The notes beneath the pieces were generated by a model, which was not told the DNA's origin, made no database searches, and saw only the letters and a list, made by a program, of their open reading frames with translations. From an archaeon (lineage in GTDB: Archaea > Iainarchaeota > Iainarchaeia > Iainarchaeales > 1-14-0-10-31-34): a stretch of DNA of 11,425 nucleotides. Shown one piece after another: positions 1-7,503 of this stretch. The stretch spans positions 1 through 11,425 of the forward strand of contig JAJRVL010000010.1 in NCBI GenBank assembly GCA_024277355.1. The letters are read 5' to 3'. Made by a program: the position numbers and the translations under genes. Position 1 is the stretch's first letter; every line of letters begins with the position of its first letter.

Positions 1-141
1 TCATTATTTTTAAGTTAAACTGATATAATTAATACAATACTTAAATAAAAAAAGTGGTATTTTGTTTGAATTTATAGCTTTTCTGATAACTTTAACAATT
101 CCTGGTTATTTGTTGGTTGAAAAGCATTTTTTTGGTTTGGA
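1..141. repeat. Left copy of an exact 141-bp terminal direct repeat (identical to 11285-11425)
   Basis: Direct comparison: TCATTATTTTTAAGTTAAACTGATATAATTAATACAATAC...GCATTTTTTTGGTTTGGA at both ends with constant offset 11284. Confidence 0.97.
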
Positions 142-1498
142 GAAATGGGTTTTGTCTGTTTTTTTGTCTTTGTCTGTTACTTCTTTTTTTTATTATTTCA
201 TGGTTTCTTTTTTTGGCATAACAAAAGAAATAATTTATTTTTATGCTTTAATTTTGTTAATTGTTTTTTTTGTGTTAAAAAAACCAAATTTTAAACGAGT
301 GTTTTATTCAATAAAAGAAATTAAGTTACCAAGCAAAACAGTTAAAAAAGAAAATTTATTTGAATTAACAGGAATTTTTATTTTAGTTTTTTGTTTTTCT
401 TTAATTGTTTTTTTTATTTATGCAGGGCAGCCTTATAGTTTTGATGATTCTGCTTATCATTTGCCTATTATTAATGATTTTGCTGATGATGGCGAAAAAA
501 CTTTTTTTGTTGAACCAAAAAATGTTTATGAATTAAGAAGCAATCAGTTTCCTTTGTTGTTTGAATCTTTTGCAGGAGTATCAAAGTTCTTTATTGGAGG
601 AAACTTATTTCATTTTATTTCTTTTTTTTCATTTGTTTTATCTTTATTTTTAGTTTATCTTATTAGTAAACTAACAGGCTATAATGAATTCTTTTCTTTG
701 GTTATTTTTGGTTTAACTCAATCTGTTCTAATTTTAACTCGTTATTTTAGTGCTGAAACTTTTCTGCCACTGCTTTTTTTGGGGGCAGTTTTTTTTGTTT
801 TAAAGTTTATTAAAACAGAAAAACTGTTTTTTATTTTTGTTTCTGGTTTTTTGGCTGGTTTAATGTTTTTATCTAAGTTTACTGGTTTTATTTTTTTTGC
901 TGGCTTATTTTTGTTTTTGCTGTATAAAAGAAAATTTAAAGAAAGTGTTTTATTTGCTTTAATTTTTGTTTTGATTTCTTCAGTTTTTTTTGTTTCTCAT
1001 CTAAATGTTTCTTTTAATGAAAATACTATGGGGGCTTATGGAAAAATAGTTGCTGAAAATATTTGGGATAAACCCTCTTTGAATTTTTTCAAAATTACTG
1101 AAATTTTATTTTATTTTTTTTCAAATAACTATTACTTTTTTTTGATTCCTTTACTTTTTGTTTTAGGTTTTTTTGGTCTGAAAGAAAAAGAATTAGATTT
1201 TTTTGTTTTAATGAACATTACTTTTGTTTTGTTTTTGTTTGTAAATGTTGTGAATCAAATGGTTCCCACTTACACAGGTTTTCCGCGTTATTTTCTTCCA
1301 ATTTATTCTTTATTGTGTATTTTTGCAGGCATCCAATTGAAAAAAGCATTTTTTTTCAGAAATAAGTTAATTAAAGTTTTATTAGGATTGATTTTTATTT
1401 TTTTGATTCTTTTTTCTTCTTTTTTTATTTTGGGGGTGTTCAACCATCAAGCAGGAAAAACTGTTTTTTATTCTGATAAACTGATTCCAAATAATTAA
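62..1498 (+). CDS. Polytopic membrane glycosyltransferase-like protein (GT-C fold / ArnT-PMT-like), N-terminal 478 aa; reading frame interrupted by TAA at 1496-1498
   Basis: 478-aa ORF (TTG start) with many hydrophobic helices and an early acidic loop motif SFDDSAYHLPIINDFADDGE typical of GT-C enzymes. Confidence 0.7.
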   Translation: MFEFIAFLITLTIPGYLLVEKHFFGLEKWVLSVFLSLSVTSFFYYFMVSFFGITKEIIYFYALILLIVFFVLKKPNFKRVFYSIKEIKLPSKTVKKENLFELTGIFILVFCFSLIVFFIYAGQPYSFDDSAYHLPIINDFADDGEKTFFVEPKNVYELRSNQFPLLFESFAGVSKFFIGGNLFHFISFFSFVLSLFLVYLISKLTGYNEFFSLVIFGLTQSVLILTRYFSAETFLPLLFLGAVFFVLKFIKTEKLFFIFVSGFLAGLMFLSKFTGFIFFAGLFLFLLYKRKFKESVLFALIFVLISSVFFVSHLNVSFNENTMGAYGKIVAENIWDKPSLNFFKITEILFYFFSNNYYFFLIPLLFVLGFFGLKEKELDFFVLMNITFVLFLFVNVVNQMVPTYTGFPRYFLPIYSLLCIFAGIQLKKAFFFRNKLIKVLLGLIFIFLILFSSFFILGVFNHQAGKTVFYSDKLIPNN

Positions 1499-1777
1499 AA
1501 TGTTTCTGTTTGGTTTGTTAATGGTGCTGCTCCAATAACTGAATTGAATAATGCTGTTTTGTATGATTATGCGTGGAATAATCGCGGCTGGACTTCTTGT
1601 GATTATTTAAATAAAATGAAAATAAATTATGTGGTTTATTATAAAACAGAAGAATCTTATAATCATTCTGATTCTTCAGATTTAAGTATTATTTTTCAAG
1701 AACATTCTTGTTTAGAATTTTTTTCTCAAACAGATTCTAATAATATAATTAATTCTGTGACCTTTAAAGTAAACTAA
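1499..1777 (+). pseudogene. C-terminal soluble part of the same glycosyltransferase, in the same frame after the TAA stop
   Basis: Frame is unchanged (62 and 1499 are congruent mod 3). Translation directly after the stop is NVSVWFVNGAAPITELNNAVLYDYAWNNRGWTSCDYLNKMKINYVVYYKTEESYNHSD..., ending with TAA at 1775-1777. The ORF track lists only 1544..1777 from an internal TTG. Confidence 0.7.
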
Positions 1778-1779
1778 TC

Positions 1780-1788
1780 TTTTTTTTT
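1780..1788 (+). terminator. Possible archaeal oligo-T terminator after the glycosyltransferase gene
   Basis: Run of nine T immediately after the stop at 1775-1777, in a convergent intergenic gap; weak because the region is generally T-rich. Confidence 0.3.
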
Positions 1789-1799
1789 GCGTTATTTGA

Positions 1800-2012
1800 T
1801 TAATTTTCTTTTATTTGAAATTCAATTCTTTTTATTTTGCTGTTTTTTAATGAAATTTTTTCTGTTTGAAATTCATTTGCCTGAAACTTTATTTTTTTAT
1901 CTGAAATTGATTCAAGATTATTTTGTTCAATAAAACTTCCAAAAGCTATTATTATCATTGAAATAATAAAAAGGATTTCAATGGTAAACAGAATTCTTGT
2001 TTTTTCTTTCAT
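1800..2012 (-). CDS. Small hypothetical protein with one N-terminal transmembrane segment/signal anchor
   Basis: 70-aa ORF MKEKTRILFTIEILFIISMIIIAFGSFIEQNN...; fills the gap between the convergent gene and the divergent AsnB gene. Confidence 0.45.
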   Translation of the reverse strand: MKEKTRILFTIEILFIISMIIIAFGSFIEQNNLESISDKKIKFQANEFQTEKISLKNSKIKRIEFQIKEN

Positions 2013-2072
2013 AAAATGTTTTTCTGTTGATATTATTAATTTAGTATTTTTTTTGTTAGCTTTTTTCCTAAG

Positions 2073-2081
2073 TTTTTATAA
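2073..2081 (+). promoter_or_regulatory. Candidate TATA box for the asparagine synthase-like gene
   Basis: TTTTTATAA centred about 29 nt upstream of the ATG at 2106, spacing consistent with a short-leader or leaderless archaeal transcript. Confidence 0.35.
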
Positions 2082-2105
2082 TTCTTCTTTTTACTATTAT
2101 ATAGT

Positions 2106-3506
2106 ATGTGTTCTATTTCAGGCGTGATTTCAAAGAAGAAAGAAAATGTATTTGATCATTTAATGGAATTATTGTTTGATTTAAAGCATAGAGGCAATGA
2201 TTCTTTTGGTGTTTCAATAAATAATAAAACAGTTACAGCTAAAACTATTTCTTTGTTAAGAGAAAAAGAAATTAAAGGTTTATCTGGAATAGCACATTCA
2301 AGATTAGAAATTACAGGAAAACAAACTCAACCTTTATCTTTTGGAAATTCTTCTGTTGTTTTTAACGGTCAAATTTATAATTTTTTTGAGTTTTCTGATT
2401 CTGATTCAGATGCAGTTTTTGTAAAAGAATTTTTTGAAAAAGAATTAAAGAAAAATTCAGTTGAATCTGCAGTAAAGAAATTTATGCAAAAAGCAAATGG
2501 ACAGTATTCTATTGCATTATTTCATAAAAAAAAGTTTTTTGTTTTCAGGGATTTATTTGGAATAAAACCTGTTTGGTTCGGCGAAAATGATTCTTTTATT
2601 GCTTTTTCTTCTGAACCTAAACCATTAAAAAAAATGAATATTAATTTTCCTTTGCCTTTGCTTCCGGGAAACTTATTAATTATGTCTGAAAAAGGAATTG
2701 AAGTAAGAAAAGTTTTTTCTTTTGATTTAATGAAAAAGAAATGTAAAACAAAAGCATCTTTTTTGGATTTAAAAAAAGCTTTTTTTGATTCTATTTATTT
2801 GCGTACCAGAAACTTAGATAAAGCAGGAGTATTGTTTTCAGGGGGAATTGATTCAAGTTTAATTGCTAAAACTGTTTCTTCTGTTGTTCCAAAAACTGAA
2901 TTATTTGCTGTTGGAATGGAAGATTCTCATGATATTGATTCAGCAGTTAAAGCTGCAGAAGAATTAAACTTAAAACTGCATTTAAGAATTTTAAAAAAAG
3001 ATGAATTAAAGGATTATTCATTGAAAAGTTTAAGTTTGCTTTCTTTTTTTGATGAAATGCAATTGCAGTTATCTGTTCCTGAATATGCTGTGTGTGAGTT
3101 AGCCAAAAAGCAGGGAATGAAAGTAATATTTTCAGGGCAAGGTTCAGATGAAATTTTTGCAGGTTATCATAGTTATTCTAAAGCTCTTTCTTCAAAAAAA
3201 AATATTTCAGATGAAATTTGGCATTCAATTCTTAATTTATGGAGCAGAAACCTTTACAGAGAAGATTTAATTTCAATGAATTTTTCTTTAGAACATAGAA
3301 TTCCTTTTTTGGATAAAGAATTAATTTGTACTGCAATGAAAATTCCTGTTAAACAGAAAATTTTTAATGAACAAGATAAATTAAGAAAAAGAATTTTAAG
3401 AAAACTTGCTTTGGATTTAGGTTTATCTGAAAGCATTGCATTAAAACCAAAAAAAGCTTTGCAGTATGGAACAGGAGTGTCAAAACATATAAGCAAGTTT
3501 TTTTAA
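2106..3506 (+). CDS. asnB: Asparagine synthase (glutamine-hydrolysing)-like protein, class II glutamine amidotransferase + PP-loop domain
   Basis: 466 aa; N-terminal MCSISG (Cys2 nucleophile), LKHRGNDSFG, VVFNGQIYNFFE, PP-loop SGGIDSSLIAKT, SGQGSDEIFAGYHSYSK, NFSLEHRIPFLD. Confidence 0.9.
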   Translation: MCSISGVISKKKENVFDHLMELLFDLKHRGNDSFGVSINNKTVTAKTISLLREKEIKGLSGIAHSRLEITGKQTQPLSFGNSSVVFNGQIYNFFEFSDSDSDAVFVKEFFEKELKKNSVESAVKKFMQKANGQYSIALFHKKKFFVFRDLFGIKPVWFGENDSFIAFSSEPKPLKKMNINFPLPLLPGNLLIMSEKGIEVRKVFSFDLMKKKCKTKASFLDLKKAFFDSIYLRTRNLDKAGVLFSGGIDSSLIAKTVSSVVPKTELFAVGMEDSHDIDSAVKAAEELNLKLHLRILKKDELKDYSLKSLSLLSFFDEMQLQLSVPEYAVCELAKKQGMKVIFSGQGSDEIFAGYHSYSKALSSKKNISDEIWHSILNLWSRNLYREDLISMNFSLEHRIPFLDKELICTAMKIPVKQKIFNEQDKLRKRILRKLALDLGLSESIALKPKKALQYGTGVSKHISKFF

Positions 3507-4069
3507 ATTATAAAATAGTTTACATCCTGTAATCCTGACTGTTTGTCTATTATCATATAATTGCAGTCAGTGGTTGTGCTGTTATAATTTGCATCAATTA
3601 TTTTTTCAAATATAATATTTTTTTCATATAATGCAAGTGAATTTAAATCTAATCCAATTTCAAGTTTATGTCTGCATTGTAAATCCATGCTTATATTTAT
3701 GTCATAAATATTTAATTCTCCCACTGAATGAGGCAGGGTTATTGGACCTAATTTAGTTACATTAAAGTTTTCTATACTGCAGTCTGAATTTGTTGAAGCT
3801 AATACATTTTGGTCATAATAATAAATATTTGAATCTGGATTAAATAATCCTGTAAGGCAGTCGGCTGAATAAGCTGAATCAATTAGTGCATCTGCTGAAG
3901 CTTTATCTAATAATCTTTGAGTATTTTGCCATTGTTTTACAGTAAAAGAAAAACTTTCTTTTTGCGGGATTAATGCCTGGCTTTTGTTAAATGAATTAAC
4001 TGTAAATAATGCTGTTGATAAAACAATTAATGCTATTACTCAGATTAATACACTGTAATACCCCTTCAT
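3503..4069 (-). pseudogene. Short pilin-like/secreted protein, fourth gene of the pilin-like cluster, interrupted by in-frame TGA at 4040-4042 (codon 10)
   Basis: ATG at 4067-4069 overlaps the upstream gene's TGA (ATGA). Translation is MKGYYSVLI*VIALIVLSTALFTVNSFNKSQALIPQKESFSFTVKQWQNTQRLLDKASADALIDSAYSADCLTGLFNPDSNIYYYDQNVLASTNSDCSIENFNVTKLGPITLPHSVGELNIYDINISMDLQ..., continuous with the ORF-track 73-aa tail. Confidence 0.7.
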
Positions 4070-4404
4070 CTTAAACTCCTTTTACCCATGCAGTATTTTT
4101 TTTCAATTAATTCTCCTTTGCCGTAAATTAGCTGGTAGTCCATATTGTAATCATATAAAATAAAGCATTCTGCATAATCAAAATTATTGAAATCTGAATT
4201 GCCTGACTGCAAGCCAATATCTTCTGCTGTTTTTCCCTGATAAAATCCTGTTATTGCCTGATTTGGAAGTTCTTGTTTAATAAAAGAAATATTTGCTTCA
4301 CTTCCTTCTTCTATTGAATAAGGAAAAGTCATAATTAATGTAATAATTATTACTGTTGTTAATCCAATTAATGCATCTGTACTAAACATAAATCCTTTAG
4401 TCAT
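4066..4404 (-). CDS. Pilin-like protein with class III-like N-terminus
   Basis: 112 aa, MTKGFMFSTDALIGLTTVIIITLIMTFPY: short basic leader, KG, hydrophobic helix. Start overlaps the upstream gene by 8 nt; stop forms ATGA with the downstream gene. Confidence 0.65.
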   Translation of the reverse strand: MTKGFMFSTDALIGLTTVIIITLIMTFPYSIEEGSEANISFIKQELPNQAITGFYQGKTAEDIGLQSGNSDFNNFDYAECFILYDYNMDYQLIYGKGELIEKKYCMGKRSLR

Positions 4405-5038
4405 TTTTCCACACCAAAAATTTTATTGTTGCAGGATACATAAAACAGTTTGCTGTATTTCCTGTAATGCAGTATTCCATTTCATTTTTATCTATTGTTA
4501 ATGTTTTTCCGTTTTCGGTATCTGAATGAATCATTACATTTAAGTCTATTGCATAAATATTTTTTGCTAATGCTGGAGGAGAAATTTCACAGTCTGATAA
4601 CAGTGTTGCGTTTTCATCTGGATTTAATCTTCCGCCTAATACTTTAATATAACAAGAATAATCTTTAGGCAACCCTAAAAATTCTTTTAATATTGGCTTA
4701 AATGTTCTGTGATTATTTCCATATTTATCCCATGTTTTGCAGTCGGCTTCACTTCCCCCGCAGTCAGATAAATTTAATGCAAATTCCGGAATGCAGTTGC
4801 TTGCATAAGAAATTATTTTGTTTTTATCTCTTATATCAACTAACTCGCAGATAATTCTTGGATTATTTACCATTAAAACTGAAGCAGTTTTTCCTGTTAT
4901 TTGTGTTTCATCTTTTAATTGTTTGTCTTTGAAATTATAGTTTTCTATTTCGCTTAACTGCATAACTAAACCTATTGCTAAAACAACCAAAACTAATGAC
5001 ATTATGAAATCAAGTGATACTAATTGTCCTTTTTTCAT
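4397..5038 (-). CDS. Pilin-like secreted protein with class III signal peptide
   Basis: 213 aa, MKKGQLVSLDFIMSLVLVVLAIGLVMQ; six or more Cys in the ectodomain; ATGA overlap (5035-5038) with the upstream gene. Confidence 0.7.
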   Translation of the reverse strand: MKKGQLVSLDFIMSLVLVVLAIGLVMQLSEIENYNFKDKQLKDETQITGKTASVLMVNNPRIICELVDIRDKNKIISYASNCIPEFALNLSDCGGSEADCKTWDKYGNNHRTFKPILKEFLGLPKDYSCYIKVLGGRLNPDENATLLSDCEISPPALAKNIYAIDLNVMIHSDTENGKTLTIDKNEMEYCITGNTANCFMYPATIKFLVWKND

Positions 5039-5478
5039 GTTGTTTCACCTAATATTTCTTTGTTTAAGTCTATTGTCATTCCACAGAAATAATTCAGGCT
5101 TGTTGTTGCAGTAAAATTAAAGTTTATGTCTTTTTGGACTGCTACTTCATTTAAGTCAGTTGAATAATGGCTTATTCTGATAAAAGGAGTTGTACTTCTA
5201 TTTAGTGTTATGTTGCAGTCTTGTCCTCCTCTTTTATCTGAATCAAAAATAAATGGAACTTTATAATTAATGCTATAATTGCTGTCTGTTTCATCAAATA
5301 CTTTTGCTTGATTAATTAATTCAAGTAAATCGTTTGCAATATTTTCTTGTTGTGCTCTTATTCCTGTTGTTCTTTCACTTAAAGTTAATTCGCCTGTAAA
5401 AGTCATAAATACGTTTCCTAAAAGTATTGCTGCAATGACTGTAAGCATTAAATCCAAACTAATTTGTCCTTTTTTCAT
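5035..5478 (-). CDS. Archaeal class III signal-peptide pilin-like protein
   Basis: MKKGQISLDLMLTVIAAILLGNVFMTF matches the KGQxSxD class III signal-peptide pattern. I prefer the ATG at 5478 over the ORF-track start at 5499 because the leader then begins MKKGQ and lies at normal spacing from the TATA-like box at 5508-5515. Confidence 0.75.
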   Translation of the reverse strand: MKKGQISLDLMLTVIAAILLGNVFMTFTGELTLSERTTGIRAQQENIANDLLELINQAKVFDETDSNYSINYKVPFIFDSDKRGGQDCNITLNRSTTPFIRISHYSTDLNEVAVQKDINFNFTATTSLNYFCGMTIDLNKEILGETT

Positions 5479-5507
5479 AATTAATAGATAAGAATACAAT
5501 TCAAGAA

Positions 5508-5515
5508 TATTTAAA
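5508..5515 (-). promoter_or_regulatory. Candidate TATA box for the pilin-like cluster
   Basis: TTTAAATA on the minus strand, about 33 nt upstream of the ATG at 5478. Confidence 0.4.
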
Positions 5516-5517
5516 CC

Positions 5518-7050
5518 TTAATGTAGTATTATGCTTTTTCCTGTCATTTCTTTTGGTTTTTTTATTCCAAGCAATTCAATTATTGTAGGGCTTATATCAA
5601 TTAATCCTGCATTTTTCTTTAATTTTATTTTTTTTAGTTTTTCTTTTCCTGAAACAATAATTAAAGGCACTTTATTCAAAGTGTGTGCTGGACAAACTTG
5701 TTTATTTGAATAAAACATTTGCTCTGCATTTCCATGGTCTGCTGTAATTATTGCTGTTCCGTTTTTTTTCAGTATTTCTTTTATTATTTCTCCAATACAT
5801 TTATCTACTGTTTTTACTGCTTTAATGACTGCATTTAATTTTCCTGAATGGCCGACTAAATCAGGGTTAGCAAAATTTAATATTATTACATTTTGTTTTC
5901 CTTTTTTTATTTCCTGTAAAACTTTGTTTTTAACTTTTATTGCACTCATTTCAGGTTTTAAATCATAAGAAGGAACTTTAGGAGAATTAACTAAAATTCT
6001 TTTTTCTTTTTTGTTTGGTTTTTCTGTTTGGCTGTTAAAAAAGAAAGTTACATGAGCATATTTTTCTGTTTCTGCGATTCTTAATTGATTTAAATTGTTT
6101 TTGGCTAAAACATTTCCTAAATTATTTTTTACTTTTGTTTGTTCAAATGCAATTCCTGCTTTTATTTTTTTTTCATATCTTGTCATGCATACAAAATTTA
6201 CTTTAGGGGATTTAAATTTTCTTTCAGTAAAGCATTTAGTTAACTGCCTGCTTCTGTCTGAACGGAAATTAAAGAAAATAATTAAATCATCTTGTTTTAT
6301 TTTCCCGTTTTCATTTAAACAAATAGGTTTAACATAATAATCTGTTTTATCTCCTCTTTTATATGCGTTTTTTACTGCAGTTAAAGCATTTTTTTCTTTA
6401 AATCCTTTGCCTTTTACAAGCAATTCTATTGTTTGTTTTGTTCTGTTCCAGTTGTTGTCTCTGTCCATTGCATAATATCTTCCTATAATGCTGGTAATTT
6501 TCCCGACTCCAATTTTTTTTATTTCTTTTTCTAATTCTTTTAAGTATTTTCCTGCAGATTTTTCAGGAACATCTCTTCCATCTAAAAAACAGTGAATAAA
6601 TACTTTGTTTATTTTCATTTTTTTTGTTAGTTTCATTAAAGCATACAAATGCTGTGTTGTTGCATGAACTCCTTCATCTGAAAGCAGTCCCATTAAATGA
6701 ACTGCTTTATTTTTTTCTTTTGCTTTTTTTACTGCTTTAACTAAAGTTTCATTTCTATAAAAACTTTTATTTTTTATTGCTTTATTAATTAACATTAATG
6801 GCTGAAAAACAATTCGTCCTGCTCCAATATGCAAATGTCCTACTTCTGAGTTTCCCTGACTTTTTGGAGGCAAACCAACATCTGCTCCTGAACAATTTAA
6901 TTCTGTATTAGAATAATTTTTTAAATAATTTAAATAGTTTTTTGGTTTAGCTAAAAAAACTGCGTTTCCTTTTTTTTGTTTGCTTTTTCCCCAGCCGTCC
7001 ATTATAATTAAAATCAAAGGAACATTTTCTTTTTTTTTCATTTTTTTCAC
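5518..7050 (-). CDS. gpmI: 2,3-bisphosphoglycerate-independent phosphoglycerate mutase (bacterial-type GpmI)
   Basis: 510 aa; IIMDGWG, GNSEVGHLHIGAGRIV (catalytic Ser), FLDGRDVPEKSA, GRYYAMDRDNNWNRT, RSDRSRQLT, LRIAETEKYAHVTFFFN, NFANPDLVGHSG, TADHGNAEQM, CPAHTLNKVP. Confidence 0.96.
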   Translation of the reverse strand: MKKMKKKENVPLILIIMDGWGKSKQKKGNAVFLAKPKNYLNYLKNYSNTELNCSGADVGLPPKSQGNSEVGHLHIGAGRIVFQPLMLINKAIKNKSFYRNETLVKAVKKAKEKNKAVHLMGLLSDEGVHATTQHLYALMKLTKKMKINKVFIHCFLDGRDVPEKSAGKYLKELEKEIKKIGVGKITSIIGRYYAMDRDNNWNRTKQTIELLVKGKGFKEKNALTAVKNAYKRGDKTDYYVKPICLNENGKIKQDDLIIFFNFRSDRSRQLTKCFTERKFKSPKVNFVCMTRYEKKIKAGIAFEQTKVKNNLGNVLAKNNLNQLRIAETEKYAHVTFFFNSQTEKPNKKEKRILVNSPKVPSYDLKPEMSAIKVKNKVLQEIKKGKQNVIILNFANPDLVGHSGKLNAVIKAVKTVDKCIGEIIKEILKKNGTAIITADHGNAEQMFYSNKQVCPAHTLNKVPLIIVSGKEKLKKIKLKKNAGLIDISPTIIELLGIKKPKEMTGKSIILH

Positions 7051-7137
7051 TTAATTTTTAATTTTTATTTAATCATTTTTTTTGATTTTATTTATTTTTA
7101 ATATTTTTTTGTTATTAATTTATTTTTTTTTATTTCT

Positions 7138-7503
7138 TCATTCAATTATTTCTATTGTTATTTCTTTTCCTGTTTCATCAAATGATTTAATATTATCTAA
7201 ATTAAAAGGCCAACAAATTATTAAGTGTATTTTTCCTAAAACAGAGAAAACATTTAAGTCTGCTGAAGAAGGATTGTTGTTTGGGGATGGGTGTGAATGG
7301 ATTGTTCCAATAATTTTTGAGTCAAACGGAATTAAGTCTGTTCTGATTGAAGAAAAATTTTTACCATAAACTGCCGGCAATACTACTAATTCATCTACTT
7401 CTTCTTTTTCATTTTTTCCTAACATTGAAATGAATTCATTTGGATAAACTTTTCTTGAAGCCATTAAAATTGATTCCAAAACACTTTTTTTTATTTTATG
7501 CAT
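7138..7503 (-). CDS. JAMM/MPN (Mov34/PAD-1) domain putative metallopeptidase
   Basis: 121 aa with upstream Glu (YPNEFISMLG) and HSHPSPNNNPSSAD, matching the JAMM motif HxHP(x)6SxxD. Confidence 0.85.
   Translation of the reverse strand: MHKIKKSVLESILMASRKVYPNEFISMLGKNEKEEVDELVVLPAVYGKNFSSIRTDLIPFDSKIIGTIHSHPSPNNNPSSADLNVFSVLGKIHLIICWPFNLDNIKSFDETGKEITIEIIE

Noticed and set aside
1-141. Biological long terminal repeat or phage terminal redundancy
   Set aside because: No virus or mobile-element genes accompany it, and an exact 141-bp overlap is better explained as an assembler overlap on a circular path or tandem unit.
3254-3496. 80-aa minus-strand ORF
   Set aside because: Fully antisense to the well-supported 3' end of the asparagine synthase-like gene; no family signal.
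3503-4069. Global TGA-to-Trp recoding (alternative genetic code)
   Set aside because: TGA terminates at least four other ORFs in this window at positions consistent with coupled or adjacent genes (4066, 5035, 7138, 10404).
5531-5713. 60-aa plus-strand ORF
   Set aside because: Antisense inside gpmI; Phe-rich composition mirrors the Lys-rich sense strand.
6095-6337. 80-aa plus-strand ORF
   Set aside because: Antisense inside gpmI, no independent evidence.
7051-7137. A regulatory RNA or attachment site in the A/T-only-like gap between gpmI and the JAMM gene
   Set aside because: The sequence is low-complexity poly-T/A with no visible stem or repeat structure; an ordinary AT-rich spacer or promoter explains it.
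7082-7369. 95-aa plus-strand ORF
   Set aside because: Starts in AT-rich intergenic DNA and runs antisense through the JAMM motif-encoding region; its hydrophobic start comes from T-rich sequence.
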